Source of the DNA: a bacterium
GTDB taxonomy: Bacteria > Hinthialibacterota > Hinthialibacteria > Hinthialibacterales > Hinthialibacteraceae
DNA: 64,000 nucleotides
Reading direction: 5' to 3'
NCBI GenBank assembly: GCA_963662285.2
Contig: CAXXMV010000002.1
Span: 32,001-96,000 of the forward strand
The notes under the pieces are model-generated. The model had not been told where the DNA came from and searched no databases. It worked only from the letters and a program-made list of their open reading frames with translations. The position numbers and the translations under genes were made by a program. Positions 48,553 to 57,369 of the stretch are shown here, piece by piece (within the stretch, counting starts at the first letter, position 1; the number at the start of each line of letters is the position of its first letter).

Positions 48553-48642
48553 ATGGCAAAAGGCAAGAATAAGAAAGCTCACAAACTACGCTGGAGATCA
48601 AAAAAAGCCCAGCACGGGAACCGACCAAACAAAGGTCGTTAA
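48553..48642 (+). CDS. 29-aa basic peptide, ribosomal protein bL37-like
   Basis: AGGAGG RBS; translation MAKGKNKKAHKLRWRSKKAQHGNRPNKGR*, with KAxHGxRPN motif. Confidence 0.7.
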   Translation: MAKGKNKKAHKLRWRSKKAQHGNRPNKGR

Positions 48643-48824
48643 TCAATAAGGCTTTTAATTTCAAAAAGTTACGAAAGAGGAAGATTGTTTTAGAGCAATC
48701 TTCCATTTCATTTTAAAACGCTGTTTTTATAGAAATAGACATTTTAGTTACATCTAATCCCCCTCTTTTCCCCTATTAGTAGAAACGCCTGTCAAAAATT
48801 ATGCGCTCAATAGGGAGAAAAAGT

Positions 48825-49931
48825 ATGTCCACTAATCAAGACATAAATATTTTATTTTTAGATAACAATGACCAACCCTACGCTTCCACCACAAAACCAA
48901 GAAAATTTATAGTGAAATCTGGCTTCGGCGCCATGTCCCGGCGCTGTTGGCTCGAATTATTCAACGAAGACCTGCATATTAACGCCCAACTGGGAACCAT
49001 TATCGAGATTTACTTAAATGGGCAACGCCGTTTTCGAGGCCGCATCCAGGAGCGGCGCATAGACTCCATCGACGACTATATCTCTTTCTACGCCCAAAAT
49101 AATCCCGCACTTGAATATAACCGCCTGATTTATAATGGATTCGAAAACATGACGGTTACCGAAATGCTTGATAGTTTATTATCTTCCAGCGAACTAAGCA
49201 GGATAGACTCATTCAACCATATCACCCGCTTCAGCCGAATGGAATTCTCCGGCGAAAACCTTTTTTCAGTCATTGATCTATTGGCGAAATTGGCAGGAAA
49301 CTGGTATTGGGACATTTCAGAAGAAGGTCAAATTTCCTTTCGCCCCCAAAAACTATATCCCGACCATCAAATAACCCTGCAAAAAGATCAAGATACTATT
49401 AATATCCGTGAAACCGCCAAAGACGCCTACCCATATATCGAACTCTATGGCGGAGTTTATGGTGGCGGCGCCTATGACCAATTGATAGAAATCCCCTCAT
49501 GTTTAAATGCATCCTTAAAAAACAGAACGCGCATTTATGTCCGTTCTATTGCCAGCTTAGATGCATACTCCGCTCTGCGCCGCGCCATAGAACAACAAAT
49601 GTCTATGCCCCATTACGAACATTATGTCGATTTCGCCGGTGACAATGTTTCTGTCTCTACTGGAAATACCGTTCAATTCAATATTCAATACCTTCCCGTA
49701 TTTCCCCGGCGGCAAATCTTCCGCATAAAAATACACGAGATCACCTACGCCCATGAAATTATCCGCACCCGTTTACACCTGACATCCGGCGCCGAATCTT
49801 CCACTCCGTATTTTGATTATTTCCGCATCGACAGACCAACTTTCCCATTGAACATGCAAGGCCAAACAGGAGAATTTCGCTTGGATATATCCGCGCTGGA
49901 TTCTCTATCTCATCTGGATTCAACTACATAA
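48825..49931 (+). CDS. Orphan phage tail/baseplate hub-like protein
   Basis: IEIYLNGQRRFRGRI, MTVTEMLDSLL, FSGENLFSVIDLLAKLAG.WYWDISEEGQISF and terminal FRLDISALD. Confidence 0.5.
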   Translation: MSTNQDINILFLDNNDQPYASTTKPRKFIVKSGFGAMSRRCWLELFNEDLHINAQLGTIIEIYLNGQRRFRGRIQERRIDSIDDYISFYAQNNPALEYNRLIYNGFENMTVTEMLDSLLSSSELSRIDSFNHITRFSRMEFSGENLFSVIDLLAKLAGNWYWDISEEGQISFRPQKLYPDHQITLQKDQDTINIRETAKDAYPYIELYGGVYGGGAYDQLIEIPSCLNASLKNRTRIYVRSIASLDAYSALRRAIEQQMSMPHYEHYVDFAGDNVSVSTGNTVQFNIQYLPVFPRRQIFRIKIHEITYAHEIIRTRLHLTSGAESSTPYFDYFRIDRPTFPLNMQGQTGEFRLDISALDSLSHLDSTT

Positions 49932-49946
49932 AAAATGTCTCACTGG

Positions 49947-49985
49947 ATTCCTCTCCCAATCTTGGGAGAGGCTATGAGAGGATTG
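49947..49985. repeat. CCTCTCCC-type REP copy
   Basis: TTCCTCTCCCAATCTTGGGAGAGGCTATGAGAGG; hairpin identical to the one at 6211-6232. Confidence 0.7.
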
Positions 49986-50226
49986 ATAATAATAATCCAA
50001 TAATTCCCGGCAAATATTCAACATTATTCAGCAGATTTTCATGAAATTGATGTCTATTATTCACCAGAATTAAAATAACTTGAATTGGATATTTCATCAA
50101 CAACAACCGTTTTCAGTATTATTCAGGCCTTTTGCTTCATCTATCCCTCCTGTAATCTATGAGAAATAGAATTATTTATAGATATAAATTTTGATGCATA
50201 TCAATCTTTTTTTAAGGAGTAATGAA

Positions 50227-51270
50227 ATGAAGCGAATGACAGGATTATGGCTATTAGCGTTTACGCTGGTTACCGGTATTGCCTCGGCTCAGCCGGTTAT
50301 GGGAAACTGGCAGGGAGAATTCACTAGCGAGAGTTGGCAAAACTGCACCCTTCGGGCGCAAATTGTTGGAGAAAGCCGCTCTGATTACCGGGCATACTTC
50401 TATGTAGCAGAAAAAGACGAACAAGAACAACAAGCCATCATCAAAGGAAAAACACTTAATAGTAAAACTACGTTCCTCGGCGACATCCAACTTAGCGATA
50501 AACGAGGCGGTGTTTACACCCTGAATGCGGAAGTTATTAAAGGAGTTTTCACCGGAACCCTTAAAAGCAAAAGCGGCGATTCCATCGCATCATTCAAAAT
50601 GACTCGGGTTTATTTAAAGTCTCCTACCCTCGGCATGAAACCGCCTGCCGACGCTCTAGTCTTAATGATGGATCAAGGTCAGAATCCAGAAGAACAAAAA
50701 GCATTGTATGCGAAACAGAAAGAATTATTTTTTGATAATTGGGAAATTCAACCTCACTGGGATGTGATGTCTGACGGTTCTATCCGCATGAAAGGCAGTT
50801 CCATTATTTCTAAAGAAGAATTTGGAAGCTTTTTTATGCATTTAGAATTTAAAACGCCCTATATGCCAGACGCCCGTGGCCAGGCTCGTGGAAATTCCGG
50901 GTTTTACGTGCAGGGCCGTTATGAAGTTCAGATTTTAGATAACTTCACCGATCCAACCAGAGATAACCACTGCGGCGGCATCTACCAACAGGCTGTTCCT
51001 CTTCTAAATGCCTGCCTCCCGCCAGAAGAATGGCAGACCTACGACATCGAATTCACCGCTCCCAAATTTGACGCCGACGGCAAAAAAATCAAAAACGCCA
51101 GGCTTACCGTTAAGCATAATGGCAAGGTTATCCACGATGACATCGAATTACGCCATTGCACCCCGGGCGGTTTGTATGGCGGCAAAGAAGCTCCTACTGG
51201 CAAAATATTCATCCAGGATCATGGCGATTACCCAAGTTTCAAAAACGCCTGGATAAAACCCTTAAACTAA
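50227..51270 (+). CDS. Secreted DUF1080 (3-keto-disaccharide hydrolase) family protein
   Basis: Signal peptide; HLEFKTP, GQARGNSGFY.QGRYEVQILD, WQTYDIEF, IQDHG. Confidence 0.88.
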   Translation: MKRMTGLWLLAFTLVTGIASAQPVMGNWQGEFTSESWQNCTLRAQIVGESRSDYRAYFYVAEKDEQEQQAIIKGKTLNSKTTFLGDIQLSDKRGGVYTLNAEVIKGVFTGTLKSKSGDSIASFKMTRVYLKSPTLGMKPPADALVLMMDQGQNPEEQKALYAKQKELFFDNWEIQPHWDVMSDGSIRMKGSSIISKEEFGSFFMHLEFKTPYMPDARGQARGNSGFYVQGRYEVQILDNFTDPTRDNHCGGIYQQAVPLLNACLPPEEWQTYDIEFTAPKFDADGKKIKNARLTVKHNGKVIHDDIELRHCTPGGLYGGKEAPTGKIFIQDHGDYPSFKNAWIKPLN

Positions 51271-51319
51271 TCTGGAAGAGTTCAAAACCGATAGCATCAC
51301 CTATAGCATAAAAAATTAG

Positions 51320-51351
51320 AGCGGAGCAGGTCGTTGACTTGCTCCGCTTTT
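51320..51351 (+). terminator. Intrinsic terminator
   Basis: AGCGGAGCAGGTC/GACTTGCTCCGCT followed by TTT. Confidence 0.7.
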
Positions 51352-51400
51352 GATATACTTATACAAAACGCTATAGTAACTAAATCCCTCTCCCAACGGG

Positions 51401-51709
51401 CTGATCTTTACCTACAAGTTTTGTCAGAATTCATTGCTATGAATAGATCAATAAGGGTGCCAAGGGCAGCGTCCTTTCTGCCCTTGACTGGAAACCTTGG
51501 AAAAACAAAATGACTCTTGATTCTTTATAATCCAATTACAAGCACAAAAAATTGAATTTTATTCTACCTTCAACGTGGATTGTTGATAGAAAATATGGAA
51601 ATAAATGAGGTAAACTCAATCAAGGGTAGAAAATACACTACCCTTGCCACCCAGTATTCTCTAATCCTCAACTCATAAAATATTATTAATATTTGTGGGT
51701 AAAGATCAG
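51401..51709. mobile_element. 309-bp MITE with IS4-like CTGA ends, inserted in a REP
   Basis: TIRs CTGATCTTTACCTACAA / TTGTGGGTAAAGATCAG (16/17 match); flanks CCCAACGGG / CACCACGGG (7/9) resemble a decayed 9-bp duplication. Confidence 0.78.
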
Positions 51710-51762
51710 CACCACGGGAGGACTAGGGTGAGAACACATCTATCAAAGATCTAGGAATCCGT

Positions 51763-52503
51763 ATGCTGCACATCAAGAACCCTTTACCCGATCCTGATTC
51801 AAAAGCGCAATTCGTCCGCAATGGCTTCAATGCAATATCACGCCATTACGACCGGCTCAACGATCTGATGACCGCCGGAATGCACCGATCCTGGAAAAAT
51901 GAAGCAACCGCAATACTCGGTCTGCAACCGGGAATGAATGTCCTCGACCTCTGCTCCGGCACTGGCGACCTCGCCAAGAGAGCGTCTAAAATAACGACTC
52001 TTGATGGTTTAACCGTCGCCCTCGATTTCGCTCCGCAAATGATGCAAACGGGGCGACTCCGTTCAGAAGCCAAGGCGCATGATATAATCATTAATTGGAT
52101 CTGCGCGGATGCAGGTTTGCTGCCTTTTGCCGATAATAGTTTTGATGGCGCCCTGGTCGGCTTCGGGCTGAGAAACGTGACCTCCATAGAAACCGTACTA
52201 CACGAGGTCAAGCGGGTGCTGCGCCCTGGCGCCAAATTTGTCAGCCTCGACACTGCTGAAACCGAATGGCAAGCGCTTATGCCGCTATATCGCTTTTACA
52301 TGCGCTATATTGTTCCTATGATGGGACGACTCATCGGATCAAAAGATATGTACGCCTATCTGACTTCATCGGCGGAAGCCTTTGATTCACCCAATGTACT
52401 ATGCCTGAAAATGCAACGTTGCGGTTTTACAAAAACCAGCTTCACTTACCGACCGCGCATCCTAGGCGGAGCCGCGCTGGTCTGGGGTCAAAAGCCGGTT
52501 TAG
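51763..52503 (+). CDS. UbiE/MenG-family methyltransferase
   Basis: FNAISRHYDRLNDLMTAGMHRSWK, LDLCSGTGD, LPFADNSFD, GFGLRNV, YAYLTSS. Confidence 0.88.
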   Translation: MLHIKNPLPDPDSKAQFVRNGFNAISRHYDRLNDLMTAGMHRSWKNEATAILGLQPGMNVLDLCSGTGDLAKRASKITTLDGLTVALDFAPQMMQTGRLRSEAKAHDIIINWICADAGLLPFADNSFDGALVGFGLRNVTSIETVLHEVKRVLRPGAKFVSLDTAETEWQALMPLYRFYMRYIVPMMGRLIGSKDMYAYLTSSAEAFDSPNVLCLKMQRCGFTKTSFTYRPRILGGAALVWGQKPV

Positions 52504-52510
52504 CCAGGAT

Positions 52511-52549
52511 GGCTGACAAAGGCAAGACTGCATTGCCGGCAGCCCTTGA
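52511..52549. repeat. CAAGGGCA..GCCCTTGA REP family copy
   Basis: Related copies at 51455-51487, 51620-51652 (inverted), 56736-56774 and 57282-57314. Confidence 0.6.
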
Positions 52550-52597
52550 TCAAACCACTCAGTATAAATTGTGTAATTAAGTTATGGATAACTATTA

Positions 52598-54469
52598 ATG
52601 AATATATATCAAAAAAATTTGCAATCTCTTCAATCTTCCAATCCCGAACTCGCATCATTGATTGAATCAACCAATATCGATCCTGATCGATACTCCATAG
52701 ACAATGCCAAAAGCGGAGTTATAACACTGCAATACATCTCCACAGACGGAAAGCCGGTTCTATGGCACAGCCGGTACGATCCCCTCAAAGAGGTGGAACG
52801 CGAAATCAACTCCATTGATCGCAGTAAAATTATTCTTCCCCTATTGGTCGGCATCGGATTAGGTTATACCCTGCGCACCCTTTGGGATCATTGTAGAGAT
52901 GATTTTTTTGATATAATCGTCATCGAAAAAGACCCCTCCATCTTCCGCATGGCGCTTCATATCACCCGCTTGGATGATATCCTGGCCGACCCGCGCGTCC
53001 ATATACACGTTGGCGGCCAGATGAGCAATTGGGTGAACATGGTAGATAAACTCACTCCGCTTATTCTTAGTTGCACCCTTGAAAAGTTGCCTCATCCTCC
53101 CTCGCTGATCTGCCATCTGGATTATTATCAATCCGCATTAAATGATCTGGAACATCGTCTCCATCTAAGAAAAACCGAATTCGAATTCACCAGCGCCCAG
53201 GGGACCAAGATTCAACAAAACATGTGGAACAACATCCCATCAATAGTGGCGTCATCCGGAATTAACAGCCTTCGAGGCAAATTCAAAGGAAAACCGGCTA
53301 TCGTCATCGCTGCCGGACCCTCGCTCGATAAAAACGTTCATCTCTTAAAAGGCATCGAAAAGAATTTTCTCTTAATCGCGGTTGATACCGCCTACCGCAC
53401 ATTACAGAACCACGGCATCGAACCGCATATAGTCGTTTCGACCGATCCAACCGAACTGAACCTGAAACATTTCGATGGCCTCACGCCCTCACCCGAAACA
53501 ATTCTGGCCTTCGATCCAGAGGTTTATCACGCTATACCCTCTCAGTGGACAGGACCTCGGCGCTTCCTCAATTTGGAAAAAACCATCCTAGCCCGTTGGC
53601 TTGAGATATCCGCCGGACCGTTCGGATTTCTACCCAAAGGCAGTTCCGTCGGCCATACCGCGTTTTTCCTGGCGCGTGAAATGGGCGCCGATCCCATAAT
53701 TTTCATCGGGCTGGATCTAGCCTTCAACCAGGACGGCGGCGCAACCCATACCGCCGGATCCGCGCTTCATAGAAAGCATTCTTCTATTGAGAATAATACC
53801 AATACCGCACTCCTCGGTCCCCGTCACGGCTCGCAAACTATGAATGAATCCATCGCCTGGGTTGCCGGAACCCACCATGAGGTTGTACCGACATCTAAAG
53901 TGATGGCGCTGTACATCAACCAGTTCGCGGATGCCATCTCCGAAACTTCCGCCAAAATCATCGATGCAACAGAAGGCGGCGCACGCATACCCGGCGCCGA
54001 AGTTGCATCTCTGCAAGAAGTATTATCCAAATATAAACAATACGCTGATAATATTGCCGATGATCTGCAATCACTCCCGTCTTTCGAGCGTAATACGGCA
54101 AGATTACTGGTTGATATTGAGCGCATCCTCAACAACCTTGATTCCGCCATCCAGACAGCTCAGCATGGACAAGCGCTTACCGCATCTCTATTACCCGGAA
54201 TTTCAGAAGGCGCCAATCTTCGTAATTGCGCCGAATGGATTGAAATGGAATCCTGCTTTTCGCAGATATATCAATCCGAAGATATCAAAATCGCAATAGA
54301 GCAGGCCATGTTTTCCGCTGTCTACTCTTTCCTATTCAAGGAAAAACCACATCAAGTTGAGCTGCGCATCGAGAAATACCGCAAATTCTTTGAAACGATT
54401 TCTTCGCTTGCTCCACATTTCATAAAACAGATAAACCATATAAAATCACTTATCCAAACATCAATCTAA
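52598..54469 (+). CDS. Maf (motility-associated factor, DUF115/MAF_flag10) glycosyltransferase-like protein
   Basis: HSRYDPLKE, GIGLGY, PAIVIAAGPSLDKN, AVDTA, GSSVGH, GADPIIFIGLDLAF, IDATEGGARIPG. Confidence 0.85.
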   Translation: MNIYQKNLQSLQSSNPELASLIESTNIDPDRYSIDNAKSGVITLQYISTDGKPVLWHSRYDPLKEVEREINSIDRSKIILPLLVGIGLGYTLRTLWDHCRDDFFDIIVIEKDPSIFRMALHITRLDDILADPRVHIHVGGQMSNWVNMVDKLTPLILSCTLEKLPHPPSLICHLDYYQSALNDLEHRLHLRKTEFEFTSAQGTKIQQNMWNNIPSIVASSGINSLRGKFKGKPAIVIAAGPSLDKNVHLLKGIEKNFLLIAVDTAYRTLQNHGIEPHIVVSTDPTELNLKHFDGLTPSPETILAFDPEVYHAIPSQWTGPRRFLNLEKTILARWLEISAGPFGFLPKGSSVGHTAFFLAREMGADPIIFIGLDLAFNQDGGATHTAGSALHRKHSSIENNTNTALLGPRHGSQTMNESIAWVAGTHHEVVPTSKVMALYINQFADAISETSAKIIDATEGGARIPGAEVASLQEVLSKYKQYADNIADDLQSLPSFERNTARLLVDIERILNNLDSAIQTAQHGQALTASLLPGISEGANLRNCAEWIEMESCFSQIYQSEDIKIAIEQAMFSAVYSFLFKEKPHQVELRIEKYRKFFETISSLAPHFIKQINHIKSLIQTSI

Positions 54470-54497
54470 AGAACCATATCACACAAAGGATTTTCTT

Positions 54498-55199
54498 GTG
54501 AAAACTTCAACAACTCGTTTTTCATTCACCCTGGCAGCTCTCGTTCTACTTTTGCTTGCCGCCGCTTTTCATCTTCAGGCAACAGAGAAAAAGGAATTTG
54601 ACCCGGCCCGCTGGGAGAAAGACATTCAAGCCTTCGAGAAACAAGATCAAAAAGCGTTCCCCCCAAAAGGTTCAATTTTATTCCTCGGCAGTTCCAGCAT
54701 CCGTAAGTGGGATTTGAACAAATACTTCCCCGACCTGAAAACCATTAATCGCGGTTTCGGCGGATCTCAAATGGAAGATCCGGTCTATTATGCTGATCGC
54801 ATTGTTTTTCCATATAATCCCAAAATAATCGTCCTATATGAGGGCGATAATGACATCAATAACGGCAAGACGCCGGAAACCATTTTTACAGATTATAAGG
54901 ATTTCGTCAAAATAGTGCATGACAAGCTGCCCAAAACCAGAATCCTCTATATCTGCATCAAACCCAGTATGAGCCGCTGGCCTGTAATAGATAAGTTACG
55001 CCAAACCAATGAGTTAATACGTAAGTTCACCCAAAAAGATAAAAGACTGCAATATCTGGATGTAGACGCACCAATGACTGGCAACGATGGGAAGCCCCGG
55101 CCAGAATTATTCGAAAAAGACAACCTGCACCTTAACCACGAAGGCTACGTCCTCTGGAGCGCCATAGTCCGCAGACACCTAAACAACCCCGATTTCTAA
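54498..55199 (+). CDS. Secreted SGNH/GDSL hydrolase
   Basis: LGSSSIRKW, NRGFGGS, YEGDND, DNLHLN..GY. Confidence 0.9.
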   Translation: MKTSTTRFSFTLAALVLLLLAAAFHLQATEKKEFDPARWEKDIQAFEKQDQKAFPPKGSILFLGSSSIRKWDLNKYFPDLKTINRGFGGSQMEDPVYYADRIVFPYNPKIIVLYEGDNDINNGKTPETIFTDYKDFVKIVHDKLPKTRILYICIKPSMSRWPVIDKLRQTNELIRKFTQKDKRLQYLDVDAPMTGNDGKPRPELFEKDNLHLNHEGYVLWSAIVRRHLNNPDF

Positions 55200-55207
55200 A
55201 GCAAAAG

Positions 55208-55233
55208 GTAGGGCGCGCCCCTTGTGGGCGCCC
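55208..55233 (+). repeat. GTAG-type REP
   Basis: GTAGGGCGCGCCCCTTGTGGGCGCCC; second copy at 56684-56709, both followed by GAAT. Confidence 0.75.
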
Positions 55234-55241
55234 GAATTTAA

Positions 55242-56533
55242 GGAATTGTCCATAATTAAGTTGAACATTTAGGGGTTATATAATAGTTCCATTCCCCATG
55301 AAAATCATTTGTGAATAAATTTATATTTTGTAGTTCTTCATCCGTAATTTTAATACCTTTTTCGTATTTATTAGTATCAAGTTCGACCATAATATTTAAA
55401 CCGTTTTTTGTAGTCGTGCTACCAATGAGATTTACAATTACCTCATGGCTAATCAAAGGTTTTCCTCTCCAATTCATACTTATGTGAGAAAACATGCGGT
55501 GTTCAATCTTATTCCATTTGCTGGTTCCTGGAGGGAAATGACACACGGATATTTTTAAGCCCGTTTCAGTCGATAAATTCTGCAAGGCGATTTTCCACAA
55601 ACGAACACGGTAGCCATTGCTCCCTCCACAATCGGCTGTTATCAAAAGTTCTTTTGCTTTTGGATAAGCATTCCTGCCCATTTTATTCCACCAACGGCGA
55701 ATCGTTTCGACTGCAAATTCAGCTGTATCGTGATCCGTGCCGACGCTCACCCAACCTTTATCTGCCGTTTGGTCATAGACGCCATAGGGATTTACTTTGC
55801 CTTTTTCTTTATCTACAAAATCATACACGCGAACCGATTCAGGCTTACCCTTTGGACACCATTCACGCCCTTTGTTTATGAAGTCTCCGACGAGTTCTTT
55901 TTTCTTGGTATCCACAGAAATAACAGGTTGCTTTCGACGCTGCAACTGAGCAACTCGCGCACAAATAAAATGGAATTGTGCGTCTCGATCAGGATGTTGT
56001 TTTCCCTCTTTCGTCTTGTTGTTCGCTTGTAAACTGTAGCCTAATTCAGCCAGAAGATGTGCAACTTTTTGGCGTTCAATTGCATGACCTTGCTCTTGCA
56101 GGGCCGCCGCAAGTTGGCGAACACTTTTACATGTCCAACGTAGCGGGGACTCGGGGTCGCCACGTGTTGATGGCTCTACTAATTGTTCAAGGTCATTCAA
56201 TACCGTTGAGTCGGTTTCAGTAATTGGTTTTCGACCCCCTCCAGAAGAACGTATTCGACCAACTTTTTCGGGAGAAAGATAGTCCGATTCAAAAAGATTT
56301 TTAATCCCCTGGTGAATGGTTGTACGTGATAGTCCTGTAACTCTGGACACAACGGAAATCCCGCCATGACCTAGCGATTTTGCTTCCGTCGCCGCCCAAA
56401 GTCGTCGCGATTGTTCATCCAATATTGGCTTGAGCAACATGTATTTTTCTTGTATAGTAATTTCCGCATCTTTATACATGTAGTAATTATAGCATGGGTA
56501 ATATATATGTTCAAGTTATTTATGGACAAATCC
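55242..56533 (-). mobile_element. ISAzo13-family insertion sequence
   Basis: TIRs GGAATTGTCCATAATTAAGTTGAACA / TGTTCAAGTTATTTATGGACAAATCC; TAA duplicated at 55239-55241 and 56534-56536. Confidence 0.88.
55256..56479 (-). CDS. ISAzo13-family transposase
   Basis: TRGDPESPLRWTCKS, HPDRDAQF, ISVDTKKKELVG, DHDTAEFAV, TADCGGSNG, PPGTSKWNKIEHRMFS, FHGEWNY. Confidence 0.96.
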   Translation of the reverse strand: MYKDAEITIQEKYMLLKPILDEQSRRLWAATEAKSLGHGGISVVSRVTGLSRTTIHQGIKNLFESDYLSPEKVGRIRSSGGGRKPITETDSTVLNDLEQLVEPSTRGDPESPLRWTCKSVRQLAAALQEQGHAIERQKVAHLLAELGYSLQANNKTKEGKQHPDRDAQFHFICARVAQLQRRKQPVISVDTKKKELVGDFINKGREWCPKGKPESVRVYDFVDKEKGKVNPYGVYDQTADKGWVSVGTDHDTAEFAVETIRRWWNKMGRNAYPKAKELLITADCGGSNGYRVRLWKIALQNLSTETGLKISVCHFPPGTSKWNKIEHRMFSHISMNWRGKPLISHEVIVNLIGSTTTKNGLNIMVELDTNKYEKGIKITDEELQNINLFTNDFHGEWNYYITPKCST

Positions 56534-56580
56534 TAACACCCATCTCGCCCAAACCACCCAAAAAGTCCGCCCTACAAAGT

Positions 56581-56638
56581 CCCCTCTCCCGCCGGGAGTG
56601 TAAAGGCCTGGGACATGGGAGAGGGCCAGGGTGAGGGG
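56581..56638. repeat. CCCTCTCCC REP containing an 18-bp IS481 end remnant
   Basis: GGGAG|TGTAAAGGCCTGGGACAT|GGGAG; the insert equals the reverse complement of 34962-34979. Confidence 0.85.
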
Positions 56639-56683
56639 GAATAATCAAAAACCTAGGTTCTATAATAATCCCTCTCCCCACAT

Positions 56684-56709
56684 GTAGGGTGCGCCCCTCG
56701 TGGGCGCCC
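56684..56709 (+). repeat. GTAG-type REP
   Basis: GTAGGGTGCGCCCCTCGTGGGCGCCC, directly after a truncated CCCTCTCCCCAC half-REP. Confidence 0.75.
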
Positions 56710-56819
56710 GAATCTTCAAACGCCTTATTCTGGTCGGGCGCCAAGGGCAAGACCGCCATGTGGTCAGCCCTTGATGCGATCACCGCCGTATCTCAAAACC
56801 ACCCCATAATAAAAAACTA

Positions 56820-56863
56820 TTGACAAATTACTTTGCTAACTCTATATTGCTACTTAAGTAGCA
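56820..56863 (+). promoter_or_regulatory. Sigma-70 promoter with palindromic operator for the second blaI
   Basis: TTGACA-17 nt-TATATT; perfect palindrome TGCTACTTAAGTAGCA (56848-56863); AAGGAG RBS. Confidence 0.75.
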
Positions 56864-56881
56864 TATATAAAGGAGCAAACC

Positions 56882-57265
56882 ATGCCGCGCCCTAAAAAAC
56901 CAATTTTAACAGAATGGGAAACCACCTTAATCCAGATTATCTGGGATAACCCCTCGATCTGCGCCAGCGAAATCCGCGAAACCCTGCGTGAACGCGACAT
57001 CAAACGCAGCGACCCCGCCATCCGCAAAACCCTGGGAGTCATGGAAGAAAAAGGCGCCATCACGCATCACGTGGAAAACCGCACCTTCCATTACAGAGCG
57101 CTAATTCATCAAGAAGAGGCCGAACGCACCGGAATCGAATACATCAGCAACCTCCTCTTCGGCGGCTCCGTAGGATCATTGGTAATGAGAGCCATAGATG
57201 AAGCCGATTTAACCCCCCAAATGATCAAAAAAATTAAAAAACGCCTCAAGGAGAAAAAGAAATGA
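56882..57265 (+). CDS. BlaI/MecI/CopY family repressor (no M56 partner adjacent)
   Basis: LTEWETTLIQIIW, IRKTLGVMEEKG, RTFHY, LFGGSVGSLV. Confidence 0.88.
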   Translation: MPRPKKPILTEWETTLIQIIWDNPSICASEIRETLRERDIKRSDPAIRKTLGVMEEKGAITHHVENRTFHYRALIHQEEAERTGIEYISNLLFGGSVGSLVMRAIDEADLTPQMIKKIKKRLKEKKK

Positions 57266-57369
57266 ATTCTCAATCGCCGACGGGCGCCAAGGGCAGTGTA
57301 TTTTTTGCCCTTGAATCAGTTCCCCTCATTTATCTCCATATCTTTGCCCAACTATCCACTTTGAAGACA

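Noticed and set aside
48801-49931. Prophage
   Set aside because: Only one phage-like gene; no capsid, terminase, integrase or lysis genes.
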